Positions 47,497 through 56,278 of a stretch of DNA of 64,000 nt are shown here, piece by piece. The notes below the pieces were generated by a model. It made no database searches and had not been told where the DNA came from. It was given only the letters and a program-made list of their open reading frames with translations. The stretch comes from Puniceicoccales bacterium (lineage in GTDB: Bacteria; Verrucomicrobiota; Verrucomicrobiia; Opitutales; JAIRLM01), in NCBI GenBank assembly GCA_031290195.1, contig JAITOA010000044.1:256-64255 (forward strand), written 5' to 3'. The position numbers and the translations under genes were made by a program. Every line of letters begins with the position of its first letter. Position 1 is the stretch's first letter.

Positions 47497-49281
47497 CTAC
47501 GAATTTTTCCGCAGGGAAATGGCAAGTTCCTTCAGCTGCTGCTCCGTTGCCGACGATGGAGACTGTACCATCAGGTCCATGCCTTTCTGAGTTTTCGGAA
47601 ATGCAATGACATCACGGATGGAGGTGGTTCCACAGAGCATGGCCACGAGTCGGTCGAGGCCGAGGGCGATGCCGCCGTGGGGTGGTGCTCCATAGCGAAA
47701 GGCCCGTAGCATGTATCCGAAGCGGCTCTCAGTAATTTCCGGTGAAATTTTAAGCAAATTTTCAAAAATTTTCCGCTGTAGTTCCGGAGAATGGATCCGA
47801 ATGCTGCCGCCGCCCAATTCCACGCCGTTCATGACGATATCGTAGTGCTGCCCGCGGACGGCCATCGGATCTTTTTCTAGGAGAGGGATGTCTCCGGGAA
47901 TGGGGGCCGTGAACGGGTGATGGGTTGCCACGTGTCGACCTTGCTCTTCGTCGTAGGTCAGCAGAGGAAAATCAACGACCCAAAGCAGATTGAACTGATC
48001 CCATGGAAGTTGCAAAGTTCCCCGTGACCGGAGAAGTTCGAGGCAGTCCAGGCGGACCCTTCCCAAAATTTTACAGGATTTTTCCCAGGGTCCGGCTGAA
48101 AAAAACAGAATATCGCCTTCTTTGGGGGAAATGTTTCGATCTAACTCTTGCCGCTCTTCCTCGGAAAAAAATTTTAAAATGGGAGATTTCCACTGGCCAT
48201 TCTCCACCTTCAAATAGGCAAGACCCTTTGCTCCGACGGAACGAGCTCCTTCCTCTAGACCGCGTAGCTCACCCTGGGTAATATTTGCCAAACCCCTTCC
48301 GTTAAAAATTTTAACAACCCCACCTCCGGCTACAGCAGCGGCGAAAACTCCAAAGGTGGAATTTCTAAAAATTTCCGAAACGTCCGCCAATTCCATGGTG
48401 GAGCGGGTATCTGGCTTGTCGGAGCCGTAGCGGTTCATGGCTTCCCGGAAGGACATACGGGGGAACGGTGTGGCTAATTTTTTCCCCAGTACATCATTCC
48501 ATACCCGCGCCAGCAATCCCTCGATGAGTTCGTAGATATCTTCCCGCTCGATGAAAGACATCTCCAAATCAACCTGGGTGAATTCCGGCTGCCGGTCCGC
48601 CCGAAGGTCCTCGTCGCGGAAGCAGCGGGCTAGCGAATAGTAGCGTTCTATTCCGGCGACCATTAGCATTTGCTTGTACTGCTGGGGTGATTGAGCCAGC
48701 GCATAAAATTGTCCTGGATTGATGCGGCAGGGCACGAGGAACTCCCGGGCACCCTCGGGGGTTGTTTTAAAAAGGGTCGGCAGCTCGATCTCTAAAAAAT
48801 CCTTTTGATTGAGGTAATCGCGGATCGTCGCCGCTACCCGATGACGGCGCAGTAGCCGTCGGTAGCAGTTCTCCCGTCGAAGATCCAGATAGCGATAGGT
48901 TAGTTTTATCTCCTCGTTTACCCTTTTCGCCTGCTCATCTTCCAGGGAAAAAGGCAGTGCATCGGCAACGTTGTGAACGATGGCTTCCTCTACGGCAACC
49001 TCTACTTCCCCCGTTTCTAATTTTTCGTTGTTGGTTTGTTCCGGCCGTAGTCGCACCTTCCCGGAAATTTCAAGGACGGACTCGCAGTGTAGGGCCGACA
49101 GGTGAACCAGTTCCGGATGTTCCTGGCCGTCCACCACCAGTTGCACGAGGCCGGAGCGGTCTCGGAGATCCAAAAAAAACAGCCCACCGTGGTCCCTCCT
49201 GGCGTGGACCCAGCCAACCAGCCGAACCTGTCCACCAACGTGCAAGGACCGTAACTCACCGCAGCGGTGTGTGCGTACCAT
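47497..49281 (-). CDS. aspS: Aspartyl-tRNA synthetase
   Basis: QSPQQYKQMLMVAG, FRDEDLRADRQPEFTQVD, GGGSIRIH and PPHGGIALGLDRLV. I prefer the start at MVRTHRCGEL (ATG 49281). Confidence 0.92.
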   Translation of the reverse strand: MVRTHRCGELRSLHVGGQVRLVGWVHARRDHGGLFFLDLRDRSGLVQLVVDGQEHPELVHLSALHCESVLEISGKVRLRPEQTNNEKLETGEVEVAVEEAIVHNVADALPFSLEDEQAKRVNEEIKLTYRYLDLRRENCYRRLLRRHRVAATIRDYLNQKDFLEIELPTLFKTTPEGAREFLVPCRINPGQFYALAQSPQQYKQMLMVAGIERYYSLARCFRDEDLRADRQPEFTQVDLEMSFIEREDIYELIEGLLARVWNDVLGKKLATPFPRMSFREAMNRYGSDKPDTRSTMELADVSEIFRNSTFGVFAAAVAGGGVVKIFNGRGLANITQGELRGLEEGARSVGAKGLAYLKVENGQWKSPILKFFSEEERQELDRNISPKEGDILFFSAGPWEKSCKILGRVRLDCLELLRSRGTLQLPWDQFNLLWVVDFPLLTYDEEQGRHVATHHPFTAPIPGDIPLLEKDPMAVRGQHYDIVMNGVELGGGSIRIHSPELQRKIFENLLKISPEITESRFGYMLRAFRYGAPPHGGIALGLDRLVAMLCGTTSIRDVIAFPKTQKGMDLMVQSPSSATEQQLKELAISLRKNS

Positions 49282-49440
49282 AACTTTCCGACTCCTAGGA
49301 GGAGACCTCGCGGAAGACAATGCAAAATTACTCCCGGGAACCTTTCTTCGGGACTAACTCCCGAAAGCAGGGACCGGCTGCGGCGAAAAATTAGAAATTT
49401 CCGTTGCATTTCCCGCGGCGGCACCAATCGTTAGGTTCCT

Positions 49441-50838
49441 TTGATGAGTCCGTGCTTGTCCGCACTGGAAAGTCCAGCCCTCCGCCGCAGTCCCGTCTTT
49501 GAGGTTTGCAGACAAATTAACGGCGTCGGGGGCCACTCTTTTTTGGTGGGCGGCTGTGTGCGCGACCTATTGCTGGGCTGTTTTCCCGACGAGTGGGACC
49601 TGGAAGTTTTTAACTGCACCGAGGAAGTCTTGGAAACACTTTTCCGCGACCAGTTGAGTTTCGTCGGTAAGGACTATGGAATTTACAGGTTCCGCCGCTG
49701 GTCCATCGACGTTGGACTACCCCGCCGGGAAAGGCCTCACGGTCCTTCCCATGGGGATTTTTCCGTCGCAACGGATCCGGGTATGAATCTGGTTGAAGCC
49801 GCTCGCCGTCGTGATTTTACCATCAATGCCATTTACTTTGATCCCATCGGGAAGTTTCTGGAAGATCCGTTTGGCGGCCAAGAGGATCTGCTGCGTCGCC
49901 GCCTTCGCCATGTCTCGGAACGCTTCGGAGAAGATCCCCTGCGGGTGCTCCGTGGTATGCAATTTCTCGCCCGTTTCCAGCTGAAAGCTGACCCCCAAAC
50001 GATCCAACTCTGCCGTACTTTGAGTCCACAATTTCTTCCGCCGGAACGTGTTTTCGGTGAATTTTCCAAACTTCTCCTCCGCGGCCTGGCCATCGGTGAT
50101 GGACTGGAATTTTTAAATCGCTGTGGCTGGCTTGCCTTTTTCCCGGAACTTGATTCCCTGAGAAGCTGTCTTCAAAATCCGCAATTTCATCCAGAAGGCA
50201 CTGTATGGGAGCATATTAAGCATGCAATGAATGCCTTTGCGTCCCTGCGGCCTGAAAATGACGAAGATGCCCTTGCCGTCGGCTTTGCGGTTCTCTGCCA
50301 TGACCTTGGAAAGCCTGCCTGCACACACATTGGGCCCGATGGCCGACTCCGCACCGGCGGGCACGATTGGGCGGGCATTGTTCCGGCGCGGCGATTTTTG
50401 GAGCGCATTCGGGCGCCGAAGAGGCTCGTCGAAGGCGTCCTTTCCCTCGTTGAAAACCACATGGTTCCCCATACCCTCTCCGACTCCTCCCCGGAAACCT
50501 TGGGCGTCCTGCGACGACTGGCCCGGAGAATGGGACGCATCGACCGATTGCTCGCTGTGGTTCGCTGCGACAACAGGGGCCGACCTCCGTGCAAACCGAA
50601 TCTGGAGGAGGAAGACCTCCTGGAGCGGCTTGCCCGCAGCGATGGAATTTTTGACAAACCTCCGGAACCCATCATCCGCGGTCGAGATCTCCTGGAACAT
50701 TTTCCATCATTCCCTCAAAAACAAATGGGAAATTTCTTGGGTTATTTATTTGAAGCCCAAATGGACGGGAAATTTTCTTCGCTGGAAGATGGTCTTCTGC
50801 TAGCCAGGGAGGTTGCCGGTGCGTTTTCTCCTCGTTGA
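49441..50838 (+). CDS. cca: tRNA nucleotidyltransferase (CCA-adding) / poly(A) polymerase family with an HD domain
   Basis: Head domain LVGGCVRDLLLG...DWDLEV and HD motif FAVLCHDLGKP. 465 aa. Confidence 0.8.
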   Translation: MMSPCLSALESPALRRSPVFEVCRQINGVGGHSFLVGGCVRDLLLGCFPDEWDLEVFNCTEEVLETLFRDQLSFVGKDYGIYRFRRWSIDVGLPRRERPHGPSHGDFSVATDPGMNLVEAARRRDFTINAIYFDPIGKFLEDPFGGQEDLLRRRLRHVSERFGEDPLRVLRGMQFLARFQLKADPQTIQLCRTLSPQFLPPERVFGEFSKLLLRGLAIGDGLEFLNRCGWLAFFPELDSLRSCLQNPQFHPEGTVWEHIKHAMNAFASLRPENDEDALAVGFAVLCHDLGKPACTHIGPDGRLRTGGHDWAGIVPARRFLERIRAPKRLVEGVLSLVENHMVPHTLSDSSPETLGVLRRLARRMGRIDRLLAVVRCDNRGRPPCKPNLEEEDLLERLARSDGIFDKPPEPIIRGRDLLEHFPSFPQKQMGNFLGYLFEAQMDGKFSSLEDGLLLAREVAGAFSPR

Positions 50839-51310
50839 CGGACTAAACGTTCTCCACGGAAGCGCACAATTTTCCGAATATCTACCTCATAACCTTTTCG
50901 GAGCCATGGAAAAATTGCTCCACCTTCTCTTTTCATTGCTTAGTTCCCCGGATCTGCAGGTGGTCATCGTCTACGACGGAGGAGCCAGGGGGCAATTTCC
51001 CGAGGCGGAAACGCTACACCACCGGCTCTCCATCATCCGCACTGGGGCTGGCAAATCGGCCGATGAAACTATCCTAAAAATTTTAAGCCGCATCAAAAAT
51101 TTACGAAAAGATGCTCGCATCTTCCTGGCAAGTAACGACGGAGGGCTGCGGACCGCAGCGGCGGCCCTTGGAGGAGAATTGCTTACCGTGGAGGAGCTGC
51201 TGGAACGGGTTCGCCTGCACTCCGCAGGAATGGAGGAGCGTCTTCGCCGATCGGAGCAGCAATGGACCAACCGCCTCGGCAATCATCCGGGGTTGAATTT
51301 GGATAAATGA
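50813..51310 (+). CDS. NYN/PIN-like domain protein (YacP-like predicted RNase)
   Basis: FLLVDGLNVLHGS, VVIVYDGG and LASNDGGL. Its 5' end overlaps cca by about 20-26 nt, and its stop overlaps the next ATG (ATGA). Confidence 0.65.
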   Translation: MPVRFLLVDGLNVLHGSAQFSEYLPHNLFGAMEKLLHLLFSLLSSPDLQVVIVYDGGARGQFPEAETLHHRLSIIRTGAGKSADETILKILSRIKNLRKDARIFLASNDGGLRTAAAALGGELLTVEELLERVRLHSAGMEERLRRSEQQWTNRLGNHPGLNLDK

Positions 51311-53895
51311 TCGAAAAATATCCCATTGCCAGCCGGCAGCGGTGTGACTACCCAAAGTTCATGGAAAGGGAAATATGGGTGCGGAGGCGTAACCGGCAGG
51401 TGGTGCCCTGGCAGCGAGGAAAAATCGAAATTGCCATCCGAAAGGCGCTTCTGGCGGAAAAAGGCTCCGAAGATGGGGCGGCTGCCGTTGCGGACGCGGT
51501 GGAGCGGGAAATTTTTTCCCGCGGCATTTCCCCCGTTGACATCGAAACCATCCAGGATGCCGTGCAGGATGCGTTGCTGGCCTCCGGAGAAGAAAACATA
51601 GCCCTCTCCTATGCGACCTACCGACGCCGACGCCGGGAAGGAAGGGAGGATAGTGAGTCCAAAACTTCCCAGCAGACGCTAACCTTTGTTCACCATCCGG
51701 ACGGCACGGTGCGCTGCTGGACCGATGAACTGTGGTTGGAGCGGATCGGAGTCGCCGCCCGGGGGCTCAATCTTCCCGAAAAATCCGAGGAACTCATTGC
51801 GGTTCTGCGGCGGGGCGTAGGTGACGGTCCTACGGCAGAGGAACTGCGAAAAATGGTCCTCTCCAACGCCCTCCGCAGAGCAAAAACTGATCCCTCCTAT
51901 GGCCGTTTCGCGGCTGGTCTTGGACTGCAATTTTCCTACGAGGAAGTGCTGGGCTATGATGTCCAGGTCACTAATTCCAACGCCGTGGCAATGGAGCAAA
52001 AAAGCTATTTTCTCCGCTACATAAAAGACGCTACGGCAAATGCACTCTTGGACCACCGCCTGGAAAATTTCAACGTGGGAGTCCTCGCCAACGCTCTGGA
52101 CATCAGCCGTGACACCCTTCTTGACTGGTCCGCCTTCGACTTGCTTTCCGAAGAATTTCTCCTCCGTAGCCATGGTCATCCCATGGAAACGCCCCAAATA
52201 TTTTGGATGCGGGTTGCCATGGGAATTTTCATCGGTGACGCCGGTCGCGGAGAAAACCATGTCCTGGAACTCTACGATGCCCTCAGCCGTCTGGAATTTT
52301 GCCCCGCTTCCACCACTCTCCTCTACGCCGGAACTCCAAACCAACAGCTTCTCCCGAGTTACGTTTATGTGCTGCGGGATACGATGGAGGACATCATGGT
52401 CCGCGGCATCGCGGAAAATGCCTTTGCATCCCGGTGGGGTGCGGGGCTTTGCGGTTCTTGGTCCCACATTCGCGGAAAAGATTCCGAAATTGGCGGCTCC
52501 AGGGGCGTATCCGAGGGCATAGAACCCTTTTTGCAACTTCATCGGCACCAGCTGGCAATCGCTAACCAGGGATCTCACCGGCGGCGGGGAGCCGGCTGTG
52601 CTACCCTGGACCTTTGGCACTGGGATTTAGAAACATTCATCGAGCTGCGTCGAAAAATGGTAAAATTCTGCCATGGCTCCTGTGAACCGGAACTGCGAAC
52701 CTGCCTGTGGGTCCCTGATCTTTTCATGGAGAGGCTCGAGGAAAAGGACGGCTACTGGACTCTTTTCCAGCCAATGGACGTACCGGGCCTTGCAGGACTC
52801 TGGGGGGTAGCCTTTGAGGAAAATTACTTGGCCGCAGAGGCCCTTGCCGTCCGAGGAAAAATTTGTTCCCGCCAATTTCCCATCCAGGAACTTTGGAAGA
52901 AGATTCTCGCCCTTGCCTTTGAAACGGGTTTTCCGACACTGGCTTTCAAGGATACGTTTAATCGTAGCCACTACCTCGCCCTTAAAAAATACATCCCCGC
53001 ATCCAGCCTTTTCGGAGAGATGGCCATGGCGGCGAATTTTTCGGAAACGGCCGCCGGAGCATTCGGAACCATTTCCCTGCTGGCTCACTCCTCCCCAACG
53101 GGGACCGTGGACCGGGAAAAATTTCGCGGCACCATTCGCCTGGCCATGGAGGCCCTGGACAGCATTCTTTCGGTGAGCACATTTCCGTCGGAGTCCATCG
53201 CACGTCACTGCGACTACTATCGGGGACTTTGTCTCGGCCTGGCCGGACTGCACGATGTTCTGCGCCGACGGGGACTTCCCTTCGATTCCCCGGAGGCGGA
53301 ACGGGAAGCAGAGACCATCTTCGGTGAACTTTCCGATGAAACAAAAAAGGTATCGGAGAGTCTGGCTAGGCAGCTGGGTCCCTGCGGTGCGGACCCCATC
53401 CTCCGCAATGCCTACCGCACCGTCGGCACGGCCAATACGCGAACCGCCAAGCTTCTCGGCGTTTTTCCAGGAGCCTGTCCGGCCGTCCGCAACGGTCACT
53501 CCGTTTCTATGCCGGATGGGAACAGGGTGTGGATCCTGGACGCATTCCTCGCGGATACCCTAAAAGCTAGAAATCTATGGCGGGACGACCTCGGCGAACG
53601 GCTGAATCACATGGAAGGTGACGTTGCGGCATTTCCCGAATTGCCGGAGGACCTGCGAGCTATCTTTGCGACGGCCTTTGACTGCAATCCGGAGCGGCTA
53701 CTCGCCATTGCCGCCGGCATTCAAAGGCAAATTGACCAGTCCCAGGCCCTTCCCCTCCGACTCCGCATGCCCACCCTCTCCCAACTCTCTTCGCTCATGG
53801 TCCTTGCCTGGAAATTGGGCATCAAGTCCATTGGTCCCACGCTGACCGCCCAGTCCCTTGCCAGCGAACGGGCACGGGAAAAATTTAGCCCCTAG
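51307..53895 (+). CDS. Ribonucleotide reductase large-subunit homologue with an N-terminal ATP-cone; catalytic Cys/Asn/Tyr residues all substituted (predicted pseudoenzyme)
   Basis: Collinear with RNR alpha throughout: ATP-cone VRRRNRQVVPWQRGKIEIAIRKAL; ...QGSHRRRGAGCATLDLWHWDLETFIELRR; TLFQPMDVPGL; YRGLCLGLAGLHDVL; QIDQSQ. However, the finger-loop SNLCLEI/SNPCGE position reads SSLFGEM (Phe569, 53011-53013), the SSC position reads PSY (Tyr352, 52360-52362), the ALCTLS position reads AFGTIS, and the C-terminal YY position reads GP. Confidence 0.75.
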   Translation: MIEKYPIASRQRCDYPKFMEREIWVRRRNRQVVPWQRGKIEIAIRKALLAEKGSEDGAAAVADAVEREIFSRGISPVDIETIQDAVQDALLASGEENIALSYATYRRRRREGREDSESKTSQQTLTFVHHPDGTVRCWTDELWLERIGVAARGLNLPEKSEELIAVLRRGVGDGPTAEELRKMVLSNALRRAKTDPSYGRFAAGLGLQFSYEEVLGYDVQVTNSNAVAMEQKSYFLRYIKDATANALLDHRLENFNVGVLANALDISRDTLLDWSAFDLLSEEFLLRSHGHPMETPQIFWMRVAMGIFIGDAGRGENHVLELYDALSRLEFCPASTTLLYAGTPNQQLLPSYVYVLRDTMEDIMVRGIAENAFASRWGAGLCGSWSHIRGKDSEIGGSRGVSEGIEPFLQLHRHQLAIANQGSHRRRGAGCATLDLWHWDLETFIELRRKMVKFCHGSCEPELRTCLWVPDLFMERLEEKDGYWTLFQPMDVPGLAGLWGVAFEENYLAAEALAVRGKICSRQFPIQELWKKILALAFETGFPTLAFKDTFNRSHYLALKKYIPASSLFGEMAMAANFSETAAGAFGTISLLAHSSPTGTVDREKFRGTIRLAMEALDSILSVSTFPSESIARHCDYYRGLCLGLAGLHDVLRRRGLPFDSPEAEREAETIFGELSDETKKVSESLARQLGPCGADPILRNAYRTVGTANTRTAKLLGVFPGACPAVRNGHSVSMPDGNRVWILDAFLADTLKARNLWRDDLGERLNHMEGDVAAFPELPEDLRAIFATAFDCNPERLLAIAAGIQRQIDQSQALPLRLRMPTLSQLSSLMVLAWKLGIKSIGPTLTAQSLASERAREKFSP

Positions 53896-54027
53896 TCGCA
53901 GCGGAAATTTCCGACGAAGTGCCCCGCGAATGGAAGGAGATGGTTGAAATTTTTTCGGGTAATGGATGGCTGCTATCCCTTTCTTTTCCATTGCTTCTCC
54001 GTGGAAAAATTTTAGCCTAAATTTTCC

Positions 54028-54996
54028 ATGAGGGTGCTGGTCATTGGGGGCGCAGGATATCTCGGAAGCCACGTGGTTCGGCGCCTGCTAGCCAACGACG
54101 TGGAAGTGTCCGTAATCGACAATTTTTCCACCGGACAGAGGGATTCGCTACCAAAGGCGGTTCCCATTTTTTCCTGTGATGCCGGATTGATCATCGGCCT
54201 TGAAGACGTCCTGAAAAAAAATGCCTTCGACGTGGCCATCCACTGCGCCGGGCTCAACGGCATTGGTCGTTCTTTGGAATTTCCCTTCCACTACTACCAC
54301 AACAATTTCGTCGCCACCTACTATCTGCTGCAGACCCTCATTAGGCATAGGGTGCAGAAATTTCTCTTTTCCTCGGATTTTTCTGTCTATGGTCCGCAGG
54401 TAGTCTGCCCCATCGAGGGCAAAACGCCGAAGCGGCCCTGGACCCCTCTCGGCCGTTCCCTGGTGGCCGTCGAAGAGTTGCTGAAGGATTTGACAGAAGC
54501 TAATGGGTTGCACCATGCAATTTTGCGCGTAGGAAACATTGCCGGAGCTGACCCGAGCAGTGTGCCCAAAATTTCCCCTGGTTCCGGTTTCAGTCGGCTG
54601 CTGGCGACAATTTTCGAAGTGGCACAGGGAAAGAAAGAAGTTTTGCCCATCCACGGATCAAAGTTGCCTACGGAGGATGGTACGCCAATGAGGGACTACG
54701 TCCACGTAGTTGACGTGGCCGATGCCTACGTCAAGGCAATCAAAACAACTGGCCTAGAAAACGGAGCAGAACTTCTTTTGGGAACCGGAAGACCCTCCTC
54801 CGTGCTGGAGGTCGTTGCAATGGCCGGCAACGTTGTCCACAGGAGCATAGCCACGGAGGCCGCTGAACCGCGAAAATGGGAACCGGCGAGCACCTTTGCG
54901 GATCCCAGTACCACGGCGCATAGCATCGGCTGGTTCCCCACCAGAGGCCTTAGGGAAATCGTTGAAAGTTCCTGGCGGGCAATAAACATCCAATGA
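54028..54996 (+). CDS. UDP-glucose 4-epimerase (GalE) homologue lacking the SDR Ser/Tyr/Lys catalytic triad
   Basis: GalE-like end to end: MRVLVIGGAGYLGSH, IHCAGL, YYHNN, RDYVHVVDVADA, LGTGRPSSVLEVV, ADPSTTAHSIGW. The SSSATVYG position reads SSDFSVYG (Asp117, 54376-54378). The PYGxSK position reads PLGRSL (Leu141 at 54448-54450; Leu145 at 54460-54462). Confidence 0.75.
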   Translation: MRVLVIGGAGYLGSHVVRRLLANDVEVSVIDNFSTGQRDSLPKAVPIFSCDAGLIIGLEDVLKKNAFDVAIHCAGLNGIGRSLEFPFHYYHNNFVATYYLLQTLIRHRVQKFLFSSDFSVYGPQVVCPIEGKTPKRPWTPLGRSLVAVEELLKDLTEANGLHHAILRVGNIAGADPSSVPKISPGSGFSRLLATIFEVAQGKKEVLPIHGSKLPTEDGTPMRDYVHVVDVADAYVKAIKTTGLENGAELLLGTGRPSSVLEVVAMAGNVVHRSIATEAAEPRKWEPASTFADPSTTAHSIGWFPTRGLREIVESSWRAINIQ

Positions 54997-55080
54997 GATT
55001 CATCAAATCCGCGAAAATTTGCCACTGGAGGTGCCCCGTGGAGTTGCAAAGGACGTGGAATTATTTTCCAACGGAACTTC

Positions 55081-56214
55081 ATGATCCACAGCCGCCACAT
55101 CTTCGGTCAGGTTTTCTGGGCCTCTCTCTGGTTCACCCTTTTTTTTGTGGGAATTTTACTGCTAGGGAACATATTGCGGGACGTGCTCCAGCTAGTCGTC
55201 GCGGGACAGATGGATCAAAAATTTTTCCTGCGGACGCTACTTTCTCTAGTTCCATCGGTTTTTTCCTACGCTCTCCCCGTCGGCGTACTAGCCGCGGTCC
55301 TACTGGTGCTTGGACGCATGGCGGCTTCCAATGAAATTTTGGCTCTTCAGACAGCCGGAATATCGATGGCGCGCATTGTCGGTCCCGTTTTTCTTTTGTC
55401 CGCACTCGGAGGTGTTGCCGCTCTATCCGTCAATTTCTTCTATGGTCCCCACGCCCTCCACGCCTATCGCCGGAGCATCCACTCCATTGTCCGGGAAGAT
55501 CCTCTCCGTTTCGTCCGGCCCCGGCAATTTATCAGGGATTTTCCAGGCCATGTCCTCTACGCCGGCGGACGGGATGGCGATTCACTCACTAATTTGCATA
55601 TCTGGCAATTTGACAGGCAACAGAATCTCACTGGCTTTCTCCATGCCCAGAGGGGAAAATTTTCTAAATCTGCCGTCGATGGCTCCCTGCGACTGGATCT
55701 ACGTCGCGGAACTCTGGAAAGGCCGGGACAGGAAAATGGGGATGCTCTGCTGCATTTCCGAGATTTTTCTCTCCTGCTGGCGACGGAGCAGTTCCTCGCC
55801 GAAAGGGATGGTGACCAAAGGCGACTAAAATACATGGATCTGGGGGAACTGTTGGTAACTCGACCCGTCCGGCCGGCGGGGGCGGCAGCGGGGACGGACA
55901 ATTCTTTGTCGCGGTGGCGCGGGGAAGTCATTTTGGTCGACTTCATGATCCAGCAGCACCTTGCGATGGCAGCTTCCGTCTGCACCTTTTCCATTTTGGG
56001 GATTCCAATTGCCCTGCGCATGCGGCGGACAGAAACCTCCATTGGCATCGTGCTGGCCCTTTTTCTTGCCCTTGGGTACTATTTTGCCACGGCTATTATC
56101 TCGTGGATGCAGACAACTCCCCATTGTCGTCCCGACTTGCTTATTTGGCTGCCGAATTTGGTAATTTTGACCGTCGGAACACTCCTGCTATGGCGCCAAT
56201 CGCAGCCGCGATGA
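55081..56214 (+). CDS. LptF/LptG-family (YjgP/YjgQ) LPS export permease
   Basis: 377 aa with three N-terminal TMs, a periplasmic beta-jellyroll-sized loop, and three C-terminal TMs. The family-typical N-terminus is present. Confidence 0.75.
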   Translation: MIHSRHIFGQVFWASLWFTLFFVGILLLGNILRDVLQLVVAGQMDQKFFLRTLLSLVPSVFSYALPVGVLAAVLLVLGRMAASNEILALQTAGISMARIVGPVFLLSALGGVAALSVNFFYGPHALHAYRRSIHSIVREDPLRFVRPRQFIRDFPGHVLYAGGRDGDSLTNLHIWQFDRQQNLTGFLHAQRGKFSKSAVDGSLRLDLRRGTLERPGQENGDALLHFRDFSLLLATEQFLAERDGDQRRLKYMDLGELLVTRPVRPAGAAAGTDNSLSRWRGEVILVDFMIQQHLAMAASVCTFSILGIPIALRMRRTETSIGIVLALFLALGYYFATAIISWMQTTPHCRPDLLIWLPNLVILTVGTLLLWRQSQPR

Positions 56215-56278
56215 CCGGTCAGGACCACCGCCATAAAATGACAAAAAAACTTCAATCCTTTCACCGGAGCGTTGGTGG

